In this document: positions 1 to 14,075 of the stretch, one piece after another
Layout: every line of letters begins with the position of its first letter
Numbering within the stretch: position 1 is the stretch's first letter
Assembly (NCBI RefSeq): GCF_009914755.1
Contig: NC_060932.1
DNA: 64,000 nt
Direction: 5' to 3' (one strand)
DNA from: the human T2T-CHM13v2.0 reference genome, Homo sapiens
Program-made: the position numbers and the translations under genes
Notes under the pieces: model-generated
Databases searched by the model: none
What the model was told of the DNA's origin: nothing
Seen by the model: the letters and a program-made list of their open reading frames with translations, nothing else

Positions 1-322
1 TAAACTTTTGTTATGTAAGATTTGATACCTCTGAAAGAATATGCATAGCTGTATATGTAAGTATGAAGCATAATAATAAACATCTGAATTCAATGGAAGA
101 ACTGGACCCTCACCCACAGCATAAAAGTGTCTGTGTTTCCTCCCTCACTCCAGCCACTGGTGTCTCTCTGCACAGCACATTTTGAATACATGAGTCATAA
201 GGGATTTTTCCCCCTATATATTTTAGATACTACATCAAATGAACTCCGAAAGCTTTTGTATTTATCGGAACTCTAGGGTAGACAACCTAATTAATTTATT
301 TCTTCTTTTTCTCCTCCAACAG

Positions 323-463
323 TTTGTGATGTCCTTCCTCTAATAATTAACAACCATGATGTTCGATTACCTGCCAATTTATTGTATAAGTACTTGAACA
401 AAGCAGCTGAATTTTATATCAATTATGTCACTAGGTCTACTCAAATAGAAAATCAGCATCAAG
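323..463 (+). CDS. INTS10: INTS10 coding exon (about exon 6): (V)CDVLPLIINNHDVRLPANLLYKYLNKAAEFYINYVTRSTQIENQHQ(G)
   Basis: Polypyrimidine tract + ccaacAG at 321-322; CAAG|gtaagt donor at 464; 141 nt, phase 1 to 1; translation matches recalled INTS10 protein. Confidence 0.95.
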
Positions 464-894
464 GTAAGTAGGAATACCCTGTACTTTTATTTAAATAGGC
501 TTTAGTAATATTGCAAAATTCAGAAACCCCTCAATGTTCTGATTATTCTCCTCTGGATACTTACCAGTTTGGGAGTGTTTCAAAAGATGGTATCTAGAAA
601 AAAAATACTAAAAGATGAGGCTTTTCTGGAAGCAATGCCACCCCTTGATCAAAACAGTCTTCTGGCTGAGCTGTAATGTTATTGCATGGAACATTACAAA
701 TGTACCATGATGAAGTAGTGGAAATTACTTCTTGCTTATACCAGTGGCCTCTTGTCGGTCCTTGAGCAAAACATAAGTATGTTGGAATTCTGTGCTCTGT
801 GCATTTTCATGGGGAGTCAGACTTTCTTTATCAGGTACCATGTCAACAGTAAGTCATAATGTTAATTGTAGGCTACTTTTTTCTTACATCTCAG

Positions 895-1066
895 GCGCCC
901 AGGATACATCTGATTTAATGTCACCTAGCAAACGTAGCTCTCAGAAGTACATAATAGAAGGGCTGACGGAAAAATCATCCCAGATCGTGGACCCTTGGGA
1001 GAGGTTGTTTAAGATTTTGAATGTTGTTGGAATGAGATGTGAATGGCAGATGGATAAAGGAAGACG
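895..1066 (+). CDS. INTS10: INTS10 coding exon (about 7): AQDTSDLMSPSKRSSQKYIIEGLTEKSSQIVDPWERLFKILNVVGMRCEWQMDKGR(R)
   Basis: tctcAG acceptor, CG|gtaata donor, 172 nt, phase 1 to 2; lies inside ORF 792..1070. Confidence 0.95.
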
Positions 1067-1231
1067 GTAATAAATAGCTTATTTCCAGAATTGCCTATTG
1101 ATTCTTTTGGATCCTTATAAAAACAAAATCATGCTTTTTAAATCTGTGTAATGCGTAAGTATAGTTTTTGGGCAAATTTTGTGACACTCAATGCAAAAGA
1201 GGATGGTTTTTCATTTTATCAAAACATTTCT

Positions 1232-1537
<306 letters not shown>

Positions 1538-1823
1538 CAGATTTCTAACTGAAATATGAACTCTTAAGACGATGTTGTGTTTGAACGTCTCCTAGATACT
1601 TCAGAGAAAAGAGAAGCTACTTAGCATGTTTGTGTCATGAAATCTTGATCACCACCCTAATTCAGAAGGGAAAAGTTACCATTTATATTGGACAATAAAG
1701 AATAGTTTTACATGCCTAGGGCAACATTTGGTACATGTAATGGTACCACCAGAGCTTTTCTCTAGACTTCTTGCTGACCAGCCCAGAGTAATCAAATAAG
1801 TTTCATCATTCCTTCCTTTTTAG

Positions 1824-1993
1824 AAGCTATGGAGATATTTTGCATAGAATGAAGGATCTCTGCAGATACATGAACAACTTTGATAGTGAAGCACATGCAA
1901 AATATAAAAACCAAGTGGTGTATTCCACCATGCTGGTCTTCTTTAAGAATGCATTCCAGTATGTCAACAGCATACAGCCATCTCTCTTCCAAG
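1824..1993 (+). CDS. INTS10: INTS10 coding exon (about 8): SYGDILHRMKDLCRYMNNFDSEAHAKYKNQVVYSTMLVFFKNAFQYVNSIQPSLFQ(G)
   Basis: ccttttttAG acceptor, CAAG|gttggt donor, 170 nt, phase 2 to 1. Confidence 0.94.
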
Positions 1994-2265
1994 GTTGGTT
2001 TACAAATTTTAGAGTGTCCAAAAAGCCAGTTCATACTGTGGGGATGGTAAGGAAGATGAAAGTGTTTATCCAGTATTGCTGGATCCGAATAACTGTGGGG
2101 CGGTACCAGTCCTTTTTATAGTTGGCGATTTAGTTTTGTTTAGTTTGGCTTAATTGGTAGTTTTTATGTAAGTATATTTCATTAAAAGTTTCTATATCAA
2201 AGGGCGTGATGGTACTGCACAACTAAAAAGAGATATCAAATGCCACTATTTTGAAAATAACAGCA

Positions 2266-2608
<343 letters not shown>

Positions 2609-3092
2609 TCACAAGAGGCAAAGATTTATTTAGTAAAATATCCATTTTATATATAGAGAGTATATGCATAAATATACTGTAGAAAATTTGAAAAATAGAA
2701 ATAAGAGTGAAATCACCCACAATCCTTCCAGTATAATACAGCGGTCGTTTTTACGTATTGCCTTATAATATTACATATATTTAGATTTTGTTTGGAATTT
2801 GTAACCATAATGTAAGTATAATTTGGTAGTCTTTTATGGTACTTTAATGACTCATGATCATTATAAAAAGTGCAGATACATAACAAATACAAAGAAGGAA
2901 CCGTCACTTGTATTCTATTAGTGACAGGGAATCTTTAACAATTTGGTATATATCTGTACAGTCTTTTCTTTCTATGTGCATATACTTGTTTGTTTACCTA
3001 ATTGAGATCACACTGAACGTATTTTTAATGACGTTTCTCATGACAGTTGAGTAAGCTTCTCCCTTATTTTAAGAATTCTTTTCCTAGCTGCA

Positions 3093-3403
<311 letters not shown>

Positions 3404-3447
3404 TCCTTGCTGCACTGGTAAGTGTTGGTGTTTTTCCCCGTCCTTAG

Positions 3448-3581
3448 GTCCTAATGCCCCGAGCCAAGTTCCACTGGTTCTTCTTGAAGATGTATCGAAT
3501 GTGTATGGTGATGTAGAAATTGATCGTAATAAACACATCCATAAAAAGAGGAAACTAGCTGAAGGAAGAGAAAAAACCATG
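3448..3581 (+). CDS. INTS10: INTS10 coding exon (about 9): [44 protein letters not shown], with a basic KKRK NLS-like motif
   Basis: tccttAG acceptor, ATG|gtaagg donor, 134 nt, phase 1 to 0. Confidence 0.94.
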
Positions 3582-3719
3582 GTAAGGCTTTCAAATATAC
3601 TTATTAACAGATTGGATGGGACGCTTTGCTAGAGATGAATCTTTGTAAAATATGGCTTTGGAGCTAAATCGATAAAGCCTGGGTTTTAAAATTGTATGAT
3701 ATATTAATAATTACTAAGT

Positions 3720-3883
3720 CAGTGGTTCTCCACTGGAGGTGATTTGCCCTCAGGGGACATTTGGCAATGTCTGGAGACATTTTTGGTTGTCACAGCTTGG
3801 TGGGGAGGGGCCAGGGTTGCTGCTGAGCACTTTACAGTGTACAGGACCACCCAAAAGGTCAGTGATGAGGTGGAGAACCCATG
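3720..3883 (+). mobile_element. MER20 (hAT-Charlie DNA transposon), internally deleted
   Basis: cagtggttctc...caggggacatttggcaatgtctggagacatttttggttgtcac matches recalled MER20; terminal inverted repeat remnant gagaaccc. Confidence 0.8.
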
Positions 3884-4239
3884 GTATATGTTCCTTATAC
3901 ATGTTTTGACTGAATGGCATCGATACAGTTTAAACAACAAAAGCAAAATGGCATTGGACCTCTAGAGCAGGGTGCAGTGTGGGGTACTGGCCTCGGAATG
4001 GGAAGCTCTGAGGTGGGCAGGGCAGCAGGAACAGCCTATGGGCAGATGCAGAAAAGATTTCATGAAGGAGGTCAACATTTGAAATCAGTGCTGAAAGGCG
4101 AAGGGTTTTGTCAGTTGGAATTGGGAGGTAGATTTTGTTGAGAGGGAAAAGTGTGCACAAAGATGCAAGAAGCCCGAGAATGTGAAGAATCGTCAGTCCT
4201 CTAACCTGACCAGGCAGTACCCCGAGCCCGTCCCTGCCT

Positions 4240-4615
4240 CCCAGCCTCTGCCCGTGGAAGCTGTGCTCTGTGGTTACAGTGCTTTTCCCTTGGATCTCTG
4301 CCTGGCTAGGTCCTTGTCACTTGGTCCCAGCCCAAACGAGTCTCCCTCTGAGGCTTCTCCTGAACACCCATCTGAAGTAGCTGTCTGGTTCTCTCTTTTT
4401 ATTCCTCTTTTTTAATTCTCTGCAGCATCCTCCTTGCTGTCTGTTTTTTCTTGTTTATTCACTGACTGGTTTACTGTCTCTGTCCCTCCTTCACTAGAGT
4501 ACAAGCTCCGTGGGGCCTAGCATTTTCTCTGCCTCGTCCTCTACCATACCCTGGGCATCTGAGTAGTGCCTGGGCTGGAGCAGGTGTGTGGTGAGCATCT
4601 GGTGAAGGAGGGAAT
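4240..4615 (+). mobile_element. L2 3' end (degenerate)
   Basis: ctagagtacaagctccgtggggc...agtagtgcctgggc resembles the L2 3' terminus. Confidence 0.55.
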
Positions 4616-4951
4616 TCTCATTGATCCCTCCTGGGTTTGGTGTCCAGGCTATGGGATGGCTGTTTAAACCTGGTCCAGCGGTTCTTCCTTCCGGTTTTTT
4701 TTGCCTGTCAAGCACTCATCTAGCAAGCCCTGTTCTCATAACCTGGCCTTCTACCCAATGCGGAATTTCCATCCATTTTTGTTTTCATGGTCTTAACTGA
4801 TTTTGTCCTGATTATCATTCTATCCCTGAGTCTGCCCCAACCTGATGCAGGTCCAGACCTTAAAGGCCCATGAGCTCAGCTCACATATATCTTGCTTTGC
4901 TCACAGTGTTTTGTTTGTTTAAATAACCTAGTATTTAAAAATTAGAAACCA

Positions 4952-5252
4952 GGCTGGGTGCAGTGGCTCATGCCTGTAATCCCAGCACTTTGGGGGCCAA
5001 AAGAGGAGGATCACCAGCCCAGGAGTTTAAGACCCACCTGGGCAATATAGTGAGACCCCGTCTCTATAAAAAATGAAAAAAAAAACTAGCTGGCTGGTGG
5101 CATGCACCTATCATCCCAACTGCTTCAGAGGCTGAGATGAGAAGATCCCTTGAGCTCAGGAGTTCAAGGTTCCAGTGAGTGATGACCACACCACCGCCCT
5201 CCAGCCCGAGCAACAGAGGGAGACCCCGTCTATAAAAAATAAAAAAATAAAA
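4952..5252 (+). mobile_element. Alu (AluJ-like)
   Basis: Diverged full Alu; TSD ...tagaaacc. Confidence 0.9.
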
Positions 5253-5744
5253 TAGAAACCTAGCATTTCTCATAACAATCTAGATTTCTGACTTCCTTTT
5301 TGTAATTAGGATATCTGATCACACTGGCCCCTGGTGGTAACCCACAACTGGAGTTGGGGGGGTGGCCCACATCAGTTCTCCAGCCAGCTGACATCACAGA
5401 CTCATGTGACGTCATAAATGTCTGGTGCTGGGACAGGCCTCTCCTGTGGGCATCTGTCCTCCACCTGCTGCATTCTTGCTTCAGAGCACGCTCTCAGTGC
5501 TTCAGAGTGTACTTGCACATTTCAAAATCAGTTTCTTTAAATGTAAAAACATTTGGAACTCACACTAGTCCCACCACATCTGGGGTCCTTTCATAAATTC
5601 CTGATCTCGTGTTGAGGCAGGAATGTTTTCTGTAAGCTGCAGCACTAGCAGACGCGCCATGTGTGTTCGTGTATGATATTAGGTTGCCATTACTTGGCAA
5701 AGAACAGGCCCCTGATGAAACAGTACCTGGCAGATACGGTTGTG

Positions 5745-5879
5745 GTTTTTTTTTTTTTTGGTGGAGACAAGGTCTTTCTATGTTGCCTACTCTGTTCTTG
5801 AATTCCTGGGTTCATGCAATCCTCCCACCTTGGCCTCCAAAATTGCTGGGATTACAGGGGTAAGCCACTACACCTGGCC
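5745..5879 (-). mobile_element. Alu monomer (FLAM-like)
   Basis: Single left-arm Alu with T tail. Confidence 0.8.
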
Positions 5880-6134
5880 TGGTAGACAGGTTTTGAATGG
5901 AAAAGGTGTGTTTTTCCCAATGCAAAAACATTACTTAGGGAGGATAAGAACATGCAGCAGAACAGTGGGGTAGGGAAAAGTCACCAAGAACAGGGACTAG
6001 CAGGAAGATACCAAGCTCAGAAAGTGGAAAGGAAGGTGGGCAGTGGAGGGAGGTGCTGACAGCTTCCTGCGCACCTTACCTGAGATGAGCTTGAGGATTG
6101 GAGCTTTTAGTGACAGTAGTTGCACATATTTTTA

Positions 6135-6232
6135 TTTATTTATTTATTTTTTAGGTTTTCTTTTATCATTATTATACTTTAAGTTCTAGGGTACATGTGC
6201 ACAACGTGCAGGTTTGTTACATATGTATACAT
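6135..6232 (-). mobile_element. Extremely 5'-truncated L1PA 3' end
   Basis: tatactttaagttctagggtacatgtgcacaacgtgcagg is the L1PA 3' terminus; TSD gtagttgcacatattttta at 6116 and 6233. Confidence 0.9.
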
Positions 6233-6681
6233 GTAGTTGCACATATTTTTAAATGATCTTAGTGGAGTAAAGATCTGCAGGAAGAATTTCATTTGGGTTA
6301 TTAAATCAGTAAAATGACCTAGGTGGATTAAAAGATTGAGAAAATTCTTAGCAAAATAAAATTCAGTGGAGCTGTTTTTACCTTTACATTTTTTTTTTTT
6401 GGCAAAACATCTGACTCTACCCAGCGGTATTTCCAATAATTGCCTTTCTCTGTAGCCTTCTCTTTTCTGTGGGCTTTATATTACTTGAGATGAAGAGCAA
6501 GAAAAGTAGAAATGTGTATTGTAAAATACAGAGGGCTTTACTAGGTAAGTGCAGACAAATGTACTTTCTGACCAGGACCTTGCACTGGGGGAGGAGAGCG
6601 AGAGAGGGGTGACCAGTGCAGGGGAGTCATGCGCAGTGAACCAAAGATAACTAACAGTTATTCTCTGACATTATTTCTTAG

Positions 6682-6991
<310 letters not shown>

Positions 6992-7428
6992 CCAGGCTTT
7001 AATTTTATCCCAGTACATGCCAAACCATTATTTGGAAGCCAATTAAATCATGTCACGTATTAGAAAAAAAAGTAAACTATAAACAGGTGCTGTTTAAGCT
7101 GTGTCTCTCAATGTAAAAATCTAAATTTTGACTTTCATAAAATTGATATTTTTAAACTTTGCTCTAAAACCACCATAAGCAAACATAAGAATTTAACATC
7201 AGAAAAAAAATTCACTCAATTTTAGAAGTAAAAATGGAATGTGTGAGAGTATAAAGACAAAAAAAATTAATTTTCAAAGCTAAATTGTTAAATTCAAAAA
7301 AATTGTATGTATGTGGTATCCTTTGATATAAAATTCATATCACGGGCCAAACTGGCAGCAATAATATGTTTCCATATATGACTATATTTATAACTGAATT
7401 AACCATGTTCTCCACATTCTTTAAGCAG

Positions 7429-7582
7429 AGTTCAGACGATGAAGACTGTTCGGCGAAAGGAAGAAATCGTCACATTGTAGTCAATAAAGCCGAACTTGCT
7501 AACTCCACTGAAGTGTTAGAAAGCTTTAAATTGGCCAGGGAGAGCTGGGAGTTGCTCTATTCCCTAGAATTCCTTGACAAAG
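7429..7582 (+). CDS. INTS10: INTS10 coding exon (about 10): [51 protein letters not shown](E)
   Basis: aagcAG acceptor, AAAG|gtaaga donor, 154 nt, phase 0 to 1. Confidence 0.94.
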
Positions 7583-7693
7583 GTAAGAAAGCGCATGTCA
7601 TTGGTGCTGTTTGATGTTTTATATAAAATCATTACGCTACTTCAAATGTCAGGTCACTTACGGCAAATTAAGTTGATTACAGTAGTTCATGCA

Positions 7694-7994
<301 letters not shown>

Positions 7995-8426
7995 ATATTG
8001 CTGTTTTTATCTGCATTAACTCCATTGTCTGAAAAACTCAAAATCCAAAAACTATAGGAAGCCTATTTTCCTTTGAGTATACTGGGTATTTTGACATTGC
8101 TTAGAAATCACTAGCTGTTTGCTAACTCAGGTATTCTTACTACCCTTTGGAATCGGGGCCCCTTATTTTACTTTTAACCCGTGGACATTCATCCCCTGGC
8201 TGCAGTCATGTGTCATACAGAGCCCTTGGCCAGATGTGCTGTGTCATCTTTTCTAAGTAAATTCAGCACCGTTCAGTTTCTCTTTGTTACATTTGGGATT
8301 GTGAACACATATGTGACAATTTTGGAGGGGATCTTTCCTTTAGTTAGAAATTGATTTTTTTAAAAATGAATAAAACCTTTTAGTGTCATTGTATGTTTGT
8401 TATTTTAATTAGGTCAAAATAAAATG

Positions 8427-8730
8427 GGCCAGGCAAGATGGCTCATGCCTGTAATCCCAGTGCTTTGGGAAGCTGAGGCAGGTGGATCATTGAGCTCAGG
8501 AGTTAGAGACTAACCTGGGCAATATGGCAAAACCCCGTCTCTATAAAAAAACAAAAACAAAACTTAGCCAAGAGTGATGGCATGTGTCTGTAGTGCCAGC
8601 TATTCAGGAAGCTGAGGTAGGAGGACTGCTTGAGGCCGGAAGGTTGAGGCTGCAGTGACCCATGTTAGGGCCACTGTACTGCCAGCCTGGGTGACAGGGA
8701 GAATGTCTCTAAAAATAAGATAAAAATAAA
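8427..8730 (+). mobile_element. Alu (AluJ-like)
   Basis: Full Alu; TSD aaaataaaatgg. Confidence 0.9.
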
Positions 8731-9050
8731 ATGGGACCTTGTTTTGGGGAAAGCAAAGTGGCTTAAAAGATAAATGAGGAAATACATGAAAAGCACTTTA
8801 AACAGTTCTTGGCACCTGGTATGTGCTCAGTAAGTTGTTAGCATCTACAAAATATTGCTTGTGTATTACTGATAAGTGTTGTATGTTTCTTCTCTACTTG
8901 AAATTCTAGAGCAGTGTGTTAGAAATCAAAGTCAAAGTTACTATACATTTTTGGTAGGTTGTCTCTCTTCTCTCTTACTGGATTTGTTAGTTTGTTTTCT
9001 GCTTCTTTGCTGCATATATTTGGTAAATTTGTTCTTGAATTCTTACTCAG

Positions 9051-9133
9051 AATTTACAAGGATTTGCTTGGCCTGGAAGACGGATACTTGGCTTTGGTTA
9101 AGAATCTTCCTCACTGATATGATCATCTATCAG
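9051..9133 (+). CDS. INTS10: INTS10 coding exon (about 11): [27 protein letters not shown]
   Basis: tactcAG acceptor, CAG|gtagag donor, 83 nt, phase 1 to 0. Confidence 0.94.
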
Positions 9134-9312
9134 GTAGAGTATTACACATATTTTAGGTACCTGTGTCTGTACAGCATGGCTATGGTGGCAAACCAGCTTT
9201 CCTATGCAGAATGTGTCATGTTCCCTCTTGGGCTAGTCCACTGCCTCCTGACACCTGTTCTGTTTTCAGTGGCTGAGGGGGTATGGTCCATTTTCCTTTC
9301 AAAGTAACTATC

Positions 9313-9612
9313 GGCCGGGTGTCGTGGCTTACACCTGTAATCCCAGCACTTTGGGAGGCCGAGGTGGGAGGATTGCTTGAGCCCAGGAGTTCGAGACTAG
9401 CCCTGGCAGCATAGTGAGACCCTGTCTCTACAAAATAAAAAACTTAGCCAAGTGTGGTGGCATGTGCCTATAGTTCCAGCTGCTCAGGAGGCTGAGGCGG
9501 GAGGATCACTTGAGCCCAGGAAGTCAAGACTGCACTGAACCATGATAGCGCCACTGCACCCCAGCCTGGGTGACAGTGAGACCTTGTCTCAAAAACAAAA
9601 CGAAACAAAAAC
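9313..9612 (+). mobile_element. Alu (AluJ-like)
   Basis: ggccgggtgtcgtggc start and A-rich tail. Confidence 0.9.
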
Positions 9613-10191
9613 TCCAAAATGACAAGCCTGTACCTTCTGTGTTACTTTTGGTATATCCAATCACACCTCTCTGTAAAAGTAAGATTTTTACTTTTCGGTA
9701 AAAGAGGATTACTTCTCACCCTCCTCTCTCTGCTGGTGGAGTCTGCCTGGCTGTACTGTTCTCCAGCATCTTAGACCTTGAATGGAGATAGTCGATAATT
9801 CACGAATGAGGTGGTGTCGGAATGGGCAGGTTGCTGCTTCCATCCTTCATAAAGGAGAAGTGGTGCTTGTAGTAAAATATTTCTAAAGAAATGTTATATC
9901 CAAATGTGCTGGATCACAGGGCCTGGTTATTTTCTTTAGTCTCGAGACCTAAGACCAGAAAGAAAAATCTTCATCCTTATAAAGTACCGCCAGAAAGAAC
10001 TCCCACCTGGCTTTAATTAAGTTGATTTGATTCTATTGCCAATTCTCCGTTTCTTCCTCAGATGATCAAACCAAGCTACCGTCTTTGTATAGTTGCTTGC
10101 TCGTTGCTTCGTGAACCCTGGAACGGTATTTTTTAAATTTCTTTTTTTAACAGCGATGCTTTTCCCCTCCTTGCTATTCTATCTTTCTTAG

Positions 10192-10344
10192 GGTCAATAT
10201 AAAAAGGCGATAGCCAGCCTGCATCACTTAGCAGCTCTCCAGGGATCCATTTCTCAGCCACAGATCACAGGGCAGGGGACCCTGGAGCATCAGAGGGCGC
10301 TCATCCAGCTGGCGACGTGCCACTTTGCGCTAGGGGAGTACAGA
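10192..10344 (+). CDS. INTS10: INTS10 coding exon (about 12): GQYKKAIASLHHLAALQGSISQPQITGQGTLEHQRALIQLATCHFALGEYR
   Basis: ctttcttAG acceptor, AGA|gtgagt donor, 153 nt, phase 0 to 0; absent from the ORF track. Confidence 0.94.
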
Positions 10345-10748
10345 GTGAGTACTGCACACATACATGCCTGCCGCAGGTGCACGGGGCCACCTGGCCTTTC
10401 TCCTTTCCCTAGCGTGGCTTTTCATTCAGTGCACGTTTATTTCAATTTGATCTTTCTGCCTAGATTTATTACTTAATCTGCTAGTGAACATCACAATGAT
10501 TTTGTTTTACGTAATTTTCTCTTTACTACAGCTTCCCTGAAATAAGGCATCAGTACTTTTTACATTTCTTGTTCATTGTTCCATTTGTTGGAGGATTTTT
10601 CTTTTTATTATTATTTTTCTTTTTATTATTATTACACTCTTGTCTCTTCTGTTGTACTTGGAAACACAAGGCCATTATTAAGTGGGAAATGGAGATTTAT
10701 ATTTAGCTTACTCAAACTTCAGATTCTCTCTTTAAATGGTAATAACAC

Positions 10749-11073
<325 letters not shown>

Positions 11074-11774
11074 TTATAAATGGGTGTGTTTCCTCCAGGA
11101 GGTTTCAAGCCCTTCATACTACAGGGTGGGGACTATGTTTTTATCTTTGAACTCTCATGACACCTACCACAGTACAATAAGTGTTTGAATTCAGTTAAAA
11201 TGATAACCGTGTTGTTGTGTATGCAAGGACTGTATAAACTCAAGGCCACAGCATAACACAAACTGATTTCTTCTCAGCCCTCTATATGTTGTTGATCACT
11301 TTGTGATTAAAATCCCTAAATGTTTTTTAACTTGAACTTTGAAATATGATTACTAATTTGTCATTATGATCTTTAGAAAGGAACAATTGGAGAATGTGTA
11401 AAGCATTCAAAATTGAAAATGCTTTTCCACCATTATTTATATAATTATCCATCAGTTACTTAACTCTAAGTTTTAATTAATTCCTTTTAAGAACTTAAAA
11501 GGCAGCACGTATTTACTCACACCGACATACATATCTCACGTAGAATTAGCTATACTGCATACTAACTTCATTGTAGTAGGGAATATAAACTACTGAACAA
11601 GACAGACTTGTCTAACTTAAACAAGACAGACTCATTTCCTTTGAGGGCTTAGTTCCAACCTCTGAGTACATCACTATTAGGCCTATGGGCAGTGTCAGAC
11701 TGACCTGATTCCTGACTTCCCATCTTTAGCCCAGACTCAATATGTCCAGATGTAAGTGTCCTTAGTTCTCTGGC

Positions 11775-12107
11775 TGTCTTTGTCTGCTTGGGTTGCTATA
11801 ACCAAATACCATAAAGTGGGAGGCTTGTAAACAATAGGAATTCATTCCTCACAGTTCTGGAGGCTGGGAAGTCCAAGGTGAAGGCATCAGCAGATTCAGT
11901 GTCTGGTGAGGTCCTGCTTCCCGGATCATAGAAGGGACAAGAGAGCACTGTAGAGTCGCTCTGATAAGGGCACGAATCCCATTCATGAGGGTTTTGCTCT
12001 CATCATCTACTCACCTCCCAAAGGCTGTCCCTCCTGATGCCCTCACATTGGGGGTTAGGTTTCAACATACAAATTTTGGTGGGAATGTAGACATTCAGAC
12101 CATAGTA
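11775..12107 (-). mobile_element. MaLR solo LTR (MLT1A/MSTD-like)
   Basis: ctcacagttctggaggctgggaagtccaagg motif; 5-bp TSD ctggc at 11770 and 12108. Confidence 0.8.
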
Positions 12108-12962
12108 CTGGCCCTTAGACACAAAACTTTCAAGTCTTGGTGGACTCTTACTCTAGCGAATCCTTTTGATTCTTCCAGTGTGATACTAATCTCTTTGCTA
12201 TATTACCTTGTATTTCTATTGTCACCACCCTAATCCATGCCTTTTAACTAAGTTTTTGGCCTATCACCCTTTTTCCAACCCTATAAAATTATAGTCGTTG
12301 CTTTCTAAAATACTGCTTTCATCCTTCTACTTAATTGAAGTATTGGTTTTCTTGGTGCTCAGTGTTGAATCCCGCTGTTGGCTGGGGAGTAGAAGCAGGG
12401 TGTGGGGAATATGGGATCCCTGAATTCAGGGGCACATGGTTTGAGTTAGGGAAAAAAGTATAAGTGTTTGTATAAGACAATGAAAAAACCAAATATTAGT
12501 TGATAGTCCTCAGTCATAGGCACAATAGGCATTCAGGGAAGGGTGTTTTCTTTGTTGGGTCCAAAGACGACTCAAGGAAAGATTGATAGAAAAGATTGGC
12601 TGGAGATGGGCATCGAAGGATGGCAGCTCATAGCTCTGGAGTACAAGTCCTGGCTAGCTCTGTGACATCGGTAGGTTACCTCATCCAGGCCTATCCAACT
12701 CCAGAGTTCAAGTTTTCAACTACCAGGCTGCTCATCTCTCTAAACTAGAGCTTCACAACCCTGTGGGCATAGGTGGGTTCTAGAGGTGCCAATATATGGA
12801 TCCTGCAGCTTTTGGGGCAGTCAGCCATGACCTAGGGCTGCTGGGGCCACCCAAGGTCAATTGCTGCCAACCCTGAGCAGCCACACACAGGTTACTTTCA
12901 GGATGTGCCACAACATGAAAAGGGTTGGGAAGCATGGGTTTAAATCCCCACTTCCAGGAGTT

Positions 12963-13203
12963 CAACAGTGAGAACACATGGACACAGGCAGGGGAACATC
13001 ACACACTGGGGCCTGTCAGGGGGTCGGGGGCAAGGAGAGGGAGAGCATTAGGACAAATACCTAAGGCATGCAAGACTTAAAACCTAGATGACGGGTTGAT
13101 AGGTGCAGCAAACCACCAAGGCACACATATATGTAACAAATCTACACGTTCGGCACATATATCCCAGAACTTAAAGTACAAAAATAAATAAATAAATAAA
13201 AAA
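12963..13203 (+). mobile_element. L1PA (older subfamily) 3' UTR fragment
   Basis: gagaacacatggacacagg...cccagaacttaaagt followed by an (aaat)n tail. Confidence 0.88.
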
Positions 13204-14075
13204 TTACCTAGAGACCCAGAGATGTCTCTGGCCTTTTGCATAAAAGAAGAAAAAAAAAAAGCTCCAATTCCTCCTCTGGAAAATAGAGAACAAAAGGGTT
13301 TGCTTGACACAGATAAAAGGCTCATTGCATGGAATCTGACTGTTGTTAGGAGAATTTGAGTAGATAGAGAGGGAGCGGTGATGCAGACTGTCTGGATCAA
13401 GGGCAGCCTGCACAGAGGCACTCGAGGCTCCTCTCCACCAGCAGTGCATCCGTCCAGTGTCTCATCTGTGTCCTAGACCAAACCGCTGGCCCTCAAGTAA
13501 ATCACCTAAACCCATATATAGCCCTTCCCCATGTCTTTCTCTCCTGCCTGAAAGGCGTCTTTTCTGCATTCCAAATCCTTCCTCTCTTTAAGGCTTAGGT
13601 CAAGATAACCTTCCTGCCTGAAGCTTTTCTTGCTAGTTTCTCCTGTGTGTATTTTCTCCTGCATTTTAAGTTATGCTCTATATCATACTCCTTAGACCTC
13701 TGCTACATTTTTTATTGTTAGTTTTTCTATGCAGTGAGTTAGTCAGTATCTTTCAGGCAGGGACATCTTTCTTTTGGCTGCTGCTGTGCTGTTGAACACC
13801 TCAGTACTTAATGCTTGGTTAATTTTTAAGTTTTGTTTTTTTAATAGCAAAGAATGGATTAGTGTTCCCTCTAAAGTCTAGTACATAGCTTTGAGTCTTA
13901 TTCTTTACTCTTTCTGTATTCACTATTGAGCAATGGTAATGATCACATAGAGAGGTAGAAATACAGACTTCCATGTACACATTGCCTGATTGTATGCTGC
14001 AAATATTTTGGTACTTTATTTGATTTCAGTTCAGAAAGCTTCAAGTTAGTTCCTTTTTGGTCTTTTCTGCTTTAG

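Noticed and set aside
11400-11650. Unique-looking segment with duplicated aacaagacagact, considered as a processed 3'UTR fragment or small RNA
   Set aside because: No poly(A) tail, TSD or snoRNA box architecture I could identify; a BLAST or Rfam search would be needed
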